Positions 27,040-40,334 of a DNA stretch of 64,000 nucleotides are shown here, piece by piece. The number at the start of each line of letters is the position of its first letter. Positions within the stretch are counted from its first letter, which is position 1. The notes below the pieces were generated by a model that was given only the letters and a program-made list of their open reading frames with translations, was not told the DNA's origin and made no database searches. Source of the DNA: Octopus vulgaris (taxonomy: Eukaryota); NCBI GenBank assembly GCA_951406725.2, contig OX597830.1:12710001-12774000 (forward strand). The letters run 5' to 3'. A program made the position numbers and the translations under genes.

Positions 27040-28305
27040 CATCTTTTAACCACGAAGTGTTCAGTGCATCCCTTGACCAAATTTGCATACACGAGACTGA
27101 TAACAACATAAGTATTGGAAGACAGCTCCTTGAGCAACACTCTTTGTCTGATAACCTTAAATACATACCCAAAGAAGTCGCACGACTCTACCGCAACGTA
27201 TCATCAGATGAAATGATGAGCCTTTATGAGCAGAATACTTTGCATGGATATGTTAATAGAAAACTCCGAGATGATAGTTACATTGTTCATCAAAGAGGTT
27301 TATCATGGATCAATAGCCGGATTACTACCTTCCCTTTTGAAGGGTTTGTGTTTGCAATCCAGGAACAGGAAATATCAACCAAGTACCTGATGCACAAAAG
27401 GGATAGAGATGGAGTAAAAGCAGTAAAATGTGACAACCGATGCAGACTTTGTGGAGTTCACACTGAAGATATCACCCACATCATAAGCAGTTGTCCCAAA
27501 ATGTTGTCACGGTATTATCTGCCGATGAGACATGATGTTGTAGTTGGGACACTCTATAATGAAATCCATCGGAAGGATAATCCCGAGGAGAAAGAATTAA
27601 GAATCCACAATTTAGAAACCCTAGCCACTCATAATAAAAAGGAATACTGGTGGAATGTCCCAGTGAAGACCCCAATAAAATGTAAGCACAACAGACCTGA
27701 TATAATGATTTGGGACAGAGAAAAGAAACTGTGCACAGTTGTGGAAATTAGCTGCCTAGCGGATGTTAACATAAAACTGAAGATCGGTGAAAAAGTGAAC
27801 ACTTATGCTGAACTATTGAGGAATCTAGTTACTCTATCCAGATTACAAGTTCAGGTTTATACCTGTATTTAATGGAGCCCTGGTATACGTAACACACTGC
27901 CTAAATATCGATCTAGAGAAATTAGGCTTCTCAAAACCAGAAAGGAGAAAGATTATTCGAAGACTACAGATCCAATCCATCAATGGAACTGTAAAATTTT
28001 CCAGACGTTTATCATTTAAATATATATGAGCATGTCTAGTTATGCAACTATATGTATGAGAATGCATAAATATACAATTCTGCACATACGTACATACATA
28101 CATACATACATACATACATACATACATACATACATACATACATACATACATACATACATACATACATACATGCATACATACATACATACAAACAAACAAA
28201 AACACCCTGTTCTTGATGTTGAAATTCCAATGAAAGAGCTTTGGATCTAAGTTAGAAACCGGTTCTTTATTGTAAGAAGTCTTGATACAAAACTGAACAA
28301 TGACA
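27040..28305 (+). mobile_element. R4-clade (RLE) LINE 3' portion: CCHC finger plus restriction-like endonuclease, flanked by (TACA)n
   Basis: CRLCGVHTEDITHIISSC...RHD...NRPDIMIWD...VVEISC..D....KIGEK..TY; frameshift near 27830. Confidence 0.9.
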
Positions 28306-28746
28306 CACATACGTACATACATACATACATACATACATCCATACGTACATACATACATACATACATACATACATACATACATACATCCATACATACATAC
28401 ATACATACATACATACATACATCCATACATACATACATGCATGCATACATACATACATACATACATACATACATACATACATACATGCGTACATACGTAC
28501 ATACGTACATACATACATACGTACATACATACATACATATATACATACATATATACATACATACATACATACATCCATCCATCCATACATACATACATAC
28601 ATACATACGTACATACATACATACATACATACATACATACATACACACACACATACATACATACATACATACATACACACATACATACTCTCATACATAC
28701 ATACATACATACATACATACATACATACATACATACATACATACAT

Positions 28747-28781
<35 letters not shown>

Positions 28782-29163
28782 TACATACATACATACATAC
28801 ATACAGACACACACACACATACATACATACATACATACATACACACACACACATACATACATACATACATACATACACACATACATACATACATACATAC
28901 ATACATACATACATACATACATACATACATACATACATACATACATACACACACACACATACATACATACATACATACATACACACATACATACATACAT
29001 ACATACATACATACACACATACATACATACATACATACATACATACATACATACATACATACATACGTACGTACGTACGTACATACATACATACATACAT
29101 ACATACATACATACATACATACATACATACATACATACATGCATACATACATACATACATACA
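28306..29163. repeat. Long (TACA)n microsatellite
   Basis: Direct reading. Confidence 0.98.
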
Positions 29164-30481
29164 GATTCATCAACACATAAGTAAATATGAATTTATTTAT
29201 CCTAATATTAATATTGCAGTGATCGAAAGTGCGAGCGGCCATTGCGTTGAATGTTGTGACGTTAATACTGCTAAAACTAGACACAGAAAAAGAGAAGGAA
29301 GACGCTCTCTTTTCTCTCCAATTCTAGACTATCAACCTTCTATGAACGAAAAGAAAAGAATAAATTTAAAGAATTTCCTCCAGACTAATCATTGCTTTCA
29401 TTAATGAAATGTCTCACTTCATTAAATGCTTAATTAATTAATCACAGGTTATATCATGGTGAAGATTTCTTAAAATAATGAAATGGGCCGACACATAATT
29501 ACCACCGACGAGAATTTGTAAAAGCTTAGTTTTATAAACAAAAAAAATATTGAATATGCGAATTCTATGCATCTTTATTCTTATAATTCTTTAATTTCAA
29601 ATTCAAACTTCTAATCTCGCCAAATATTATGAAGAAATGATTATCTGCCTTGTAATACTTGTGGCCTCTGTGAGGATTACAGGAGATTAAAATATGAGTT
29701 AATGTAGGGAGGTGGTAGCGTTCATGGCGTTCACTGACAGTAAGAAAGATGAACGTCGACGTGTAATCACATAAGTACATGCGTACATACGCATACATAA
29801 ATACGTTTGTGTGTGTGTGTGTGTGTGTGATAGTGTATATGCATGTGTGTGTAATATAGTGCGAATTGTAATAATTTGTGTGACGATGACGATGATAGGG
29901 CGTAAGTGAATAGCAGTTGAGTCGGGGGTTGTACGCAATCGTAGTCAGGATTTGTTGACGCGGGATTTGCTTTTTGAGTTCAAACATTTTTGAAGTCAGT
30001 TTCCGTCCTTCTTTTCGAGCGCTATAACAAATAGAAGGATTAACGATTGTCTAGCCGCACTTCTTCTATAATAATCCTTAATCACGTTTTTGTTGCTTCA
30101 ACTATGCTATTGTTATTGTTATTGTTATTGTTGTTGTACATTCATAGCATGTTTTGTTTTATCAACGGCGGAAAATAAACACTTCAGACCTGATCCAGAA
30201 TTAAGAATAATAATTGAACTATCGTCCAAGAGCTAATTTTTTCTTCTAATTATAATCTAATTGGTATTCAATTTTATTTCCAAGGTAGCATAGTTCTTGA
30301 AAATCTTAAAAGTTAAAAGTTGTAATTTCGAGTCTAAATCTTTTTACTTCAACATTTGGAGACGATTATTAGTATTTCCATCGCCTTAAGCTAACAATAC
30401 GACGGATGATAAAAGACAGATTTAGTCATTAAATATCATTACACATTACTAAATAATCTTAAGCATTATTTGGAATGTTAA

Positions 30482-31052
30482 AAGGCGGCGAGCTGGCAGA
30501 AGCGTTAGCACGCCGGCCGAAATGCGTAGCCGTTACGTTCTGAGTTCATATTCCGCCGAGGTCGACTTTGCCTTTCATCCTTTCAGGGTCGATAAATTAA
30601 GGACTAGTTACGCACTGGGGTCGATATAATCGACTTAATCCGTCTGTCTGTCTTTGTTTGTCTCCTCTGTGTTTAGCCACTTGTGGGTAGTAAAGAAATA
30701 GGTATATTACCTGCCGTTATGTTCTGAGTTCAAATTCCGCCGAGGTCGACTTTGCCTTTCCTCCTTTCGGAGTGGATTAAATAAGTACCAGTTACGCACT
30801 GGGGTTCGACATAATCGACTTAATCCGTTTGTCTGTCCTTGTTTGTCCCTTCTGTGTTTAGCCCTTTGTGGGTAGTAAAAAATAGGTATTTCGTCTGCCG
30901 CTACGTTCAGAGTTCAAATCCCGCCGAGGTTGACTTTGCCTTTCATCCTTTCGGCGGTCGATAAATTAAGTACCAGTTGCGTACTAGGGTCGATCTAATC
31001 GACTGGCCCCCTCTCCCAAAATTTCGGGCCTTGTGCCTAGAGTAAAAAATAA
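30482..31052 (+). mobile_element. SINE family B with triplicated body
   Basis: aaggcggcgagctggcagaa head; gttc(t/a)gagttca...gactttgcctttc occurs three times. Confidence 0.85.
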
Positions 31053-31285
31053 TTATTTGAAAAGTTAAGAAATTAATTCACTAACCAGGATTTACCAGTT
31101 AATTTTAAAATCATTATATTTTTTACACTCATTCTGACAAAACCGTATTTTTCTCAGCTTATAATCATATAAACTTATTTAGAGATGAAATAACGGTTAA
31201 AACATTTACAAATAGAGCAAAGTGCATAAATTTGTCAGATGTAGCCTGTAAAAATGGAATGCTACCTCATATTTCTATATATATG

Positions 31286-31493
31286 TTACTCTTTTACTCT
31301 TTTACTTGTTTCAGTCATTTGACTGCGGCCATGCTGGAGCACCGCCTTTAGTCGATCAAATCGACCCCATGACTTATTCTTTGTAAGCCTAGTACTTATT
31401 CTATCGTCACTTTTACCGTACAGCTAAGTTACGGGGACGTAAACACACCAGCATCGGTTGTCAAGCGATGTTGGTCGGACAAACACAGACACA

Positions 31494-31589
<96 letters not shown>

Positions 31590-31748
31590 CGATGGGCTTC
31601 TTTCAGTTTCCGTCTACCAAATCCACTCACAAGGCTTTGGTCGGCCCGAGGCTATAGTTGAAGACACTTGCCTAAGGTGCCACGCAGCGGGACTGAACCC
31701 GGAACCATGTGGTTGGTAAGCAAGCTACTTACCACACAGCCACTCCTG
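31286..31748 (-). mobile_element. SINE family A
   Basis: Full head and tail; internal (CA)n(TA)n. Confidence 0.9.
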
Positions 31749-32417
31749 TTATTATTGAATAATAACTGAAAAGAAAATGTCACATCTTTTTATTTATGTT
31801 CAGTTTAGAACTAACAATTAATTTACAATCCCAAAGACAAAGAACCTCTCTTCAAAACAGTTTTCAAAATTTAAAACAGAAGCTTGATAATTTTCGCATG
31901 AAAACTCCGTGATATAACTTCTATTTTTTAGCTTTTTAATTGTTAAAAAATTGTCGATATTCATGTATGTTTAGCGTGAAACAGATCGTGAAAATTTGTA
32001 CAACGTATAATTTTTGAAGCAGTGGAGCTTGAAATACCATGAAATTTAGGCACTCTTGAAAAGTTGCAAAATTTCTTTCGATTTATATTCTAGGTAAGAT
32101 CACGTCACTGATATCAACAATGCTGAGAATAGACATATCGTTTTCTAAAGGTTCAAAACTATATTCGTCTCATAAAATGTTTTGACGAAATACCAAATGG
32201 ATATTTCACTGGAATTGTTGTGTATGTTTGTGTCTGTATCTGTACGGTTAGCTAAAAGCATTTTTAATGTCAAAGAAATCTTTAACGTGTTTACAAGCGA
32301 ACTTAACGCAGCAGTAAAGTTAGTTCTAAAATTCTTTGATGTTTCGTTTGAACTACGCATTCACTATGTATGACGGTTAAATACAATTTTATGGGATCGA
32401 ATTCTATTTGAATTTTT

Positions 32418-33275
32418 GGATCTTTTCGGTTTGAGCGGCAGTTTTTAACATAATTTCTGGCTGTGTGGTAAGTAGCTTGTCTACCAACCACATGGTTCCG
32501 GGTTCAGTCCCACTGCGTGGCACCTTGGGAAAGTGTCTTCTACTATAGCCTCGGGCCGACCAAAGCCTTGTGAGTGGATTTGGTAGACGGAAACTGAAAG
32601 AAGCCCGTCGTATATATGTATATATATATATGTGTGCGTGTGTGTGTTTATGTGTCTGTGTTTGTCCCCTAGCATTGCTTGACAACCGATGCTGGTGTGT
32701 TTATATCCCCATTACTCGGCGGTTCGGCGCAGGAGACCGATAGAATAAGTACTGGGCTTACAAAAGATTAAGTCCCGGAGTCGAGTTGCTCGATTAAAGG
32801 CGGTGCTCCAGCATGGCCGCAGTCAAATGACTGAAACAAGTGAGAGAGTAAAAGAGAGAGTAACTAAAAAATGTTAAACTTCGTATACTGGTAGAATGTG
32901 TTTATAAAACATCTTTTTCTCTTGGCTTTATTGAGAAAATTCTATAGTTTGTAAGATATTTGTTGTTGTTTTCCTTCAATTTCTGCAATTTCAACCAATC
33001 ACTGACGTCTATTGAGGTAAAAAGCATTCTGTGCCGTATGAATATGTCCCTCGTTTAAGAAACAGATTGGATTTATTTACATTTGTGAAGAAAAAAAGAT
33101 ACCCTTCCCCCACCCCTAACCCTAACCCTAACCCTAATTAACCCTAACTAACCCTAACTAGCCCTAACCCTAAAAGAGATTGAAATGCAATAGATCGATT
33201 CTAGGGTCATAATTATGGGTGACAATTTCATATGACACCGATAGAAAAAAACTGCCGTTCAAACCGAAAATATCC
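32418..33275. mobile_element. GGATC-TIR MITE copy 1 (interrupted by a SINE), with CCCTAA repeats
   Basis: TIR ggatcttttcggtttga.cggcagttttt; 8-bp TSD gaattttt. Confidence 0.9.
32458..32860 (+). mobile_element. SINE family A nested in MITE copy 1
   Basis: tggctgtgtggtaag...gggttcagtccc...tgactgaaacaagt. Confidence 0.9.
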
Positions 33276-33489
33276 GAATTTTTTCTTACTTATGGTTAAT
33301 ACGGTTTTTTCTACTGTTGATGGCTTATGTCACTGCATCCATTAGCTATCATTTGTATCAGGTTTATGTTGATTTTAAGAATCTGTTGTCCATGACATTG
33401 TCTATAAGATTTTATTCAAATATTGTGGCCAACTTCGTTTAAATTATTTCAGGACATTTGTATATATATATATATATATATATGATTAC

Positions 33490-33917
33490 GGATCTTTTCA
33501 ATTTGAACGGCAGTTTTTTTCTAGCGGTGTCATATGAAATTGTCACCCATAACTATGACCCTAGTATCAATCTATTGCATTTCAATCTCTTTTAGGGTTA
33601 GGGTTAGTTAGGGTTAGCGGTGGGGTGAAGGGTATCTTTTTTTCTTCACAAATGTAAATAAACCCAATCTGTTTCTTAAACGAGGGACATATTCATACGG
33701 CAAAGAATGTTTTCAGCTCAATAGACGTCATTGATTGGTTGAAATTGCAGAAACTGAAGAAAAAAAACAACAAATATCTTACAAACTATAGAATTTTCTC
33801 AATAAAGCCAAGAGAAAAAGATGTTTTATAAACACATTCTACCAGTATACGAAGTTTAAAAGTGTTTAGTTACGTGGGAATTATTTTAAAAAACTGCCGG
33901 TCAAACCGAAAAGATCC
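33490..33917. mobile_element. GGATC-TIR MITE copy 2
   Basis: TIRs; perfect 8-bp TSD atgattac; internal TTAGGG repeats. Confidence 0.92.
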
Positions 33918-34317
33918 ATGATTACTCTTATCGAACAAATTAAAGTAGTCTATATGTACGATGCTACATAAATCAATGAGCAAAATAAAATTGTTCAGGA
34001 AGCGACAAAAATATGCGCCCCATATAACTGACCTATTTTCTCAGCAACTATTCTTTGCTACCAGTAGCTTGTTTCGTCTTTAATCATACTTAATAAACTT
34101 TCTGGTGTACTATGAAAGGAACTAATTTCCTCAGGCTCGCCATACACCATTTCTTAATATTCTTTTTGACTTGAATTATTAATATTTGCGGTATGAGACC
34201 AATTCTGAGAAAATTACTGTAATTAGAATATACCTAATATAACTTACCTTTCTTATATTTAATATTTACTTTGGTATATATCAAGTTCGTAGCATCGTAG
34301 CAATCATTATATATATT

Positions 34318-34367
<50 letters not shown>

Positions 34368-34574
34368 AACAGACAGACAGAGACAGAGAGAGGGATGGAG
34401 AGAGAGAGCGACAGACAGACTGATGAACAGACAATGATAATATATACAATTTAAAATCTGGTTGAGTAAAAAGCCAATCATTAGCAGTATTCAGCCATAG
34501 CGACCATGTTTCTTTTTCCTTTCCGACATAACATCATAACTTATTTAAGCAGTTATGCTGTGATTTTAAAGGAG

Positions 34575-34986
34575 GGATCTTTTCGGTTTGAACGGCAGTT
34601 TTTTCTAGCGGTGTCATATGAAATTGTTACCCATAATTATGACCCTAGTATCGATCTATTGCATTTCAATCTGTTTTAGGGTTAGGGGTGGGGGAAGGGT
34701 ATCTTTTTGTCTTCTGAAATGTAAATAAACTCAATCTGTTTCTTAAACGAGGGACATATTCATACGGCACAGAATGTTGTTTACCTCAATGGACGCCATT
34801 GATTGGTTGAAATTGCAGAAATTGAAGAAAAAAGAACAACAAATATCTTACAAACGATAAAATTTTCTCAATAAAGCCAAGAGAAAACGATGTTTTATAA
34901 ACACATTCTACCAGTATACGAAATTTAAAAGTGTTTAGTTACGTGGAAATTATTTTAAAAAACTGCCGTTCAAACCGAAAAGATCC
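34575..34986. mobile_element. GGATC-TIR MITE copy 3
   Basis: TIRs; perfect 8-bp TSD taaaggag. Confidence 0.92.
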
Positions 34987-35283
34987 TAAAGGAGATTTAG
35001 CTTCTACTTCTAGCAGATTAAATGACACAGCATATATTCATTTGGTCTTTACTCTCATTTCTGTTCATTTAGTAAGAATTATTAGTGTAGTTATGGCGCA
35101 GGACTAAATGCTTTGTGGTATTGGCTGCTCTCTCTCTGCACTCTAAGCTAAAGCTAACGTTGCCTTTCGGTCTTTCGAGAACTGCACCAAGGATATGAGT
35201 GTCTGTGGAGAACTCAGCCACTTGCAAGTTAATTTCACGGGCAGGCTGCTCTATTGATTGGATCAATTGGAACCCTCGTCGAT

Positions 35284-35701
35284 GGATCTTTTCGGTTTGA
35301 CCGGCAGTTTTTAAAAATAATTTCCACGTAACTAAACACTTTTAAATTTCGTATACTGGTAGAATGTGCTTATAAAACATCTTTTTCTCTTGGCTTTATT
35401 AAGAAAATTCTATATTTTGTAAGATATTTGTTATTGTTTTTCTTCAATTTCTGCAATTTCAACCAATCAATGACGTCTATTGAGGTAAAAAGCATTCTGT
35501 GCCGTATGAATATGTCCCTCGTTTAAGAAACAGGTTGGGTTTATTTACATTTGTGAAGAAAAAAAGATACCCTTCCCCCCACCCCTAACCCTAACCCTGA
35601 AACAGATTCAAATGCAATAGATCGATACTAGGGTCATAATTATGGGTGACAATTTCATATGACACCGCTAGAAAAAACTGCCGGTCAAACCGAAAAGATC
35701 C
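35284..35701. mobile_element. GGATC-TIR MITE copy 4, inserted in a SINE family C remnant
   Basis: TIRs; degenerate TSD ctcgt...; SINE sequence ggaaccctcgtc | taaccgacggagtgc is split by it. Confidence 0.9.
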
Positions 35702-35921
35702 CTCGTTCACATAACCGACGGAGTGCCAGTTAAAAGACAACAGTGGCTTCAAAGTTTTGGCACATTTCACTTTTCAAATTATTCAAAAAAAAAGAGATTA
35801 ATCATACATAATAAATATGTTAAAAGAATCAAAACAAAAAACCATTTTCAGTAAAAAAAAAAATAATCTTAATGAAAAATCAAATAGAAATAACCGGAAT
35901 GTATATTTATTTAACATATAT

Positions 35922-36326
35922 AGGCGTAGAAGTGGCTGTCTGGTAAGTAGCTTGCTTACGAACCACATGGTTCCAGGTTCAGTCCCATTACGTGGCACCT
36001 TGGGCAAGTGTTTTCTACTATAGCCTCGGGCCAACCGAAGCCTTGTGAGTGGATTTGGTAGACGGAAACTGAAAGAAGCCCGTCGTATATATGTGTATAT
36101 ATGTGTGTGTGTGTGTGTATGTTTGTGTGTCTGTGTTTGTCTCCCCAACAACATCGCTTGACAACCGATGCTGGTGTGTTTACGTCCCCGTAACTTAGCG
36201 ATTCGGCAAAAGAGACGGATAAAATAGGTAATAGGCTTACAAAGAATAAGTCCTGGGGTCGATTTGCTCGACTAAAGGCAGTACTCCAGCATGGCCACAG
36301 TCAAATGACTGAAACAAATAAAAGAT
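35922..36326 (+). mobile_element. SINE family A
   Basis: Full-length match to the other copies. Confidence 0.9.
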
Positions 36327-36689
36327 AAGTACCAGTTATCATACTGGGAAAAGATGTAATAGACTTACCACCCCCAGATTTGCTGGCCTTGTGCCAAAAT
36401 TTTTAATCAATATTAATGAAACCTGGAGGAGGGTGAATATGGCGAAATAGAACTGTGCATTTTGAAAAAGAAGAATTTTATTTTAAAAATAAAAAACTGT
36501 GTATCAGATTGCCGTTTCTTGATATATAAATTTTAGTCATAAAATTCTAAAATGTTCATAAATAATTCAAAGTTATTGAATTAAACAGTTATTTTTTAGG
36601 AATATTTCTGAAAATTTGTATTAAGATAGAAATTTACATGAATTACGATATAACCTGAGAGGTACAGCTGCGTTCAGTATGATTAATAT

Positions 36690-37264
36690 TCTTTTCTGCT
36701 CTAGATACACGGTCCGAAATTTTGAGGAAGGCGACCAGTCGATTAGATCAACCCTAGTACGCGACTGGTACTTAATTTATCGAACCCGAAGGATGAAAGG
36801 CAAAGTCGACCTCGGCAGAATTTGAAGGTAAAGACACCCAATACCTATTTCTTTACTACCCACAAGGGGCTAAACATAGAGAGGACAAACAAGGACAGAC
36901 AAACGGATTAAGTCGATTAGATCGACCCCAGTGCGCACCTGGTACTTATTTAATCGACCCCGAAAGGATGAAAGGCAAAGTCGACCTCGGCGGAATTTGA
37001 ACTCAGAACGTAGCCGCAGATGAAATACCTATTTCTTTACTACCCACAAGGGGCTACACACAGAGAGGACGAACAAGGACAGACAAACGGATTAAGTCGA
37101 TTAGATCGACCCCAGTGCGCACCTGGTACTTAATTTATCGACCCCCGAAAGCATGAAAGGCAAAGTCGACCTCGGCGGAATTTTGAACTCAGAACGTAAC
37201 GGCAGACGAAATACTGCTAAGCATTTCGCCCGGTGTGCTAACGTTTCTGCCAGGTCCCCGCCTT
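36690..37264 (-). mobile_element. SINE family B with triplicated body
   Basis: Reverse-complement counterpart of 30482-31052. Confidence 0.85.
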
Positions 37265-37527
37265 TCAATAATACATGAGTAAAACACAAGTTAAATATAT
37301 ACAAACAATAATACTAATAATCATTTTAATAGGCAATCCATATTTAACATGTTTTATTGATACAAAACTCCTATGAAAAGGACTCGGAAAAGTATTTTTA
37401 AATGAAAATGAGAGATGTATTAAAGATTCTTTATTTCACTAACGAAAAGCGCAAAGTTAACAAGTTTTGAAAATATCAACAGAAAAATATTTTCACCAAC
37501 TACTACTATTCAAGTTTGCTACACCTT

Positions 37528-37721
37528 CCGTGGTAGGAAGTTTGCTTTCCAGCTGTATGATTCCTGGTTCAGTCTCACTGCATGTCACCATGGGTAAGAG
37601 TCTTCTACTAAATCAACGAACCGAACCAAGGCCGTCTGAGTGAATTTGGTAGACAGAATCTGAAAGAAGCCCGTCACATGCATGCATGCATGTGTGTGTG
37701 TGTCTGTGTGTGTGCGTATGC

Positions 37722-37772
<51 letters not shown>

Positions 37773-37935
37773 GCTTGTCTCCCACCACCGCTTGACAATC
37801 GATGTTGGTTTCTTTACGTCCTTGTGGCTTAGCGGTTCGCTAAAGGGACCGATGTAATAAGTACCAGGCTTTAAAAAATGAGAAAAAGAAATATTGAGAT
37901 CAATTTCTTCGGCTAAACTTTTCAGGGCAGTGCTG
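37528..37935 (+). mobile_element. SINE family A, diverged
   Basis: gtggtaggaagtttgctt...ggttcagtctcactgc...gaaagaagcccgtc. Confidence 0.75.
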
Positions 37936-37961
37936 GGAAGCTGGAAAATTCGCGCGTAATA

Positions 37962-38167
37962 CTGGTTGGCACAGGGCCAGCACTTTTGAGGAGGGGGCAA
38001 GTCGATTACATTGACCCCAGTACATAACTGGCACACATTTGATCGACCCCGAAATGATAAAAGACAAATTCGGCCTCGGTGGAATTTGAACTCAGAACAT
38101 AAAGATGGATGAAATTCCGTTAAACATTTCGTCCGGCGCACTAACGATATCACCAGATCGCCACCTT
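37962..38167 (-). mobile_element. SINE family B
   Basis: gaccccagtacataactgg...ggaatttgaactcagaac. Confidence 0.75.
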
Positions 38168-38587
38168 ATACGCACGTATAATTAGAAAATGGACTGACAT
38201 GAGATGAGCAGTGTCTTTTAAATCTAAGATGATTATAATGAAACATTTTACGCATTATACTAATGTTTTTTAAAAAAGAAAACGCAATTTGTTTGGTCAT
38301 CGATTCGATTCTGCTTGTGGAACAGACATTGTGACCCTTAGCAACCAACAGCAATTCACGCTTCCTCATTCTATTCAGCTGGAAAAAAAAATGAGTTCCA
38401 ACCTAGTACTGGTGCAAGCTTTTTTTCCCTCCAGATGTCCCACCGCTTAAAAAATATGTAAAGAGCCAGAAGGAGCGTAAGTTTGAAACGTCGACACAGG
38501 TATCTAAGACAATTAAGGTGAGCATTATAATCGCTGTCAAGTCATATGTATTTGCGTGCCACGAGTGTAGTTACATATATGTATGTA

Positions 38588-38900
38588 TGTGATCACGTGA
38601 TCACGTGACTGAACAGACCATCAGACGTTGTTACACATCGCTGGTCACAATGCGTTCGCATTGTTTTAGCTTTCGAATGACGCCACCCCGCTGGCTAAGC
38701 GAGCAGGCCAACAGAAGAAAGATTGGGAAAAAGAGTGGTGAAAGAGTGCAACAGGGATCACCACCCCCTGCCGGAGACTCGTGGAGCTTAATTTAGGTGT
38801 TTTCGCTCAATAAACACACACAACGCCCGGTCTGGGAATCGAAACCGCGATCCTATGACTGCGAGTCCCCTGCCCTAACCACTGGGCCATTGCGCCTCCA
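38588..38900 (-). mobile_element. SINE family C
   Basis: Head tggaggcgcaatggcccagtggttaggg on minus strand. Confidence 0.85.
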
Positions 38901-38924
38901 TGTATGTATGTAATTATTTCAATT

Positions 38925-39303
38925 TAATTTTTATTGGCTCAAGAAGCAAAAGCAAGGCAATGTAGGGGGACAAGGAGCTATGTACAGGGAGGGTGTTCAT
39001 GCAAAGAGTTCAGGCCATTTCTGGTCAAGAGAGACTTTGAACCGAGCGGTCGTCGGCATCTTCACTATCTCGTCCGGCAGCTTATTCCACAGATCCGCAA
39101 CCCGGACGGAGAAAGTCCCTCACCTTCGATTGAGATGAAATCGTCGTAGATAGAGCTTTTCGGAGTGACCCCGCAGCCCACGCTCTGGAGCAGGAGTGAA
39201 GAACAGCTCTTTCGAGAGGTTACACTTTCCGCTTATGATGTTGTGAGCGAGAATGAGATCACCACGGCGTCGTCGTTTTTTCGAGAGAATAAAGGTCGAG
39301 CGT
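38925..39303 (-). mobile_element. CR1 LINE 3' end
   Basis: LDLYSLEK RRRRGDLILAHNII...FSVRVADLWNKLPDEIV...FKVSLD; second copy at 63672-64000. Confidence 0.85.
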
Positions 39304-39341
39304 CTATGTGTGTATGCATATATATATATACTTTTTTATTA

Positions 39342-39540
39342 ATGCTGCAGTGGAGACATACAAGGAAACAGAACGAAAACAAACATGGAGGGTCGTTAAA
39401 CCAGAACGAGAGGGAAGAAGTGAACGCTAGGGGGAACATTTGTTTGAAAAGAGAAAAGATAGAAGAAAGAAAAAAACACATCGTCTAACGACCCTCTATG
39501 TTTGGTTTCGTTCAGTTTCCTTGTATGTCTCCGCTGTCAT
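39342..39540. repeat. Diverged inverted repeat (39342-39401 / 39483-39540)
   Basis: ggagacatacaaggaaac...gagggtcgtta versus taacgaccctc...gtttccttgtatgtctcc. Confidence 0.8.
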
Positions 39541-39821
39541 ATTTTTGTTCTCAATTTTGACCTTCCATAAAGCCTAAATTTTATTTTAGAATTCATAGGA
39601 GCAACTGTCTTTGAAAACTCATAGTGTCGTTGAATGCTTGAAATGAGAAGTAGACAGACAGCCGACTACTGATGAAGAGTCCTTTCTCTGTGTTTACTTG
39701 TCCTTTTTTTCCTTTTTTCTCATTGTTTACGTATTTAACTCATTTGTTTAGTTATTTCATGTTATTTGCACTGTTGGTGACGTCCTACATCCATATATGC
39801 ATGTATATATATATATATATA

Positions 39822-40244
39822 TTACTCTTTACTCTTTTTTTACTCTTTTTACTTGTTTCAGTCATTTGACTGCGGCCATGCTGGAGCACCGCCTTTAGTC
39901 GAGCAAATCGACCCCGGGACTTATTCTTTGTAAGCCCAGTACTTATTCTATCGGTCTCTTTTGCCGAACCGCTAAGTGACGGGGACGTAAACACACCAGC
40001 ATCGGTTGTCAAGCAATGCTAGGGGAACAAACACAGACACACAAACATATTCACACACACTTATATATATATATACATATATACGACAGGCTTCTTTCAG
40101 TTTCCGTCTACCAAATCCACTCACAAGGCATTGGTCGGCCCGGGGCTATAGCAGAAGACACTTGCCCAAGATGCCACGCAGTGGGACTGAACCCGGAACC
40201 ATGTGGTTGGTTAGCAAGCTACTTACCAAACAGCCACTCCTGTG

Positions 40245-40248
<4 letters not shown>
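39822..40248 (-). mobile_element. SINE family A
   Basis: Full-length match. Confidence 0.9.
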
Positions 40249-40331
<83 letters not shown>

Positions 40332-40334
40332 ACC

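Noticed and set aside
28225-28270. GAAA-CCGG-TT palindrome in the R4 LINE 3' UTR resembling an HHR 3' half
   Set aside because: No NUGANNA core in the proper position in either copy
27843-29284. Long ORFs (up to 437 aa) of MYVC/HTYI repeats
   Set aside because: Translations of a stop-free (TACA)n microsatellite; the same applies to the YI, CV/HT and poly-N/I/D ORFs elsewhere (e.g. 24155-24800, 57215-57860)
33114-33174. Telomere or chromosome-fusion relic
   Set aside because: The CCCTAA repeats are internal to a MITE and recur in its other copies
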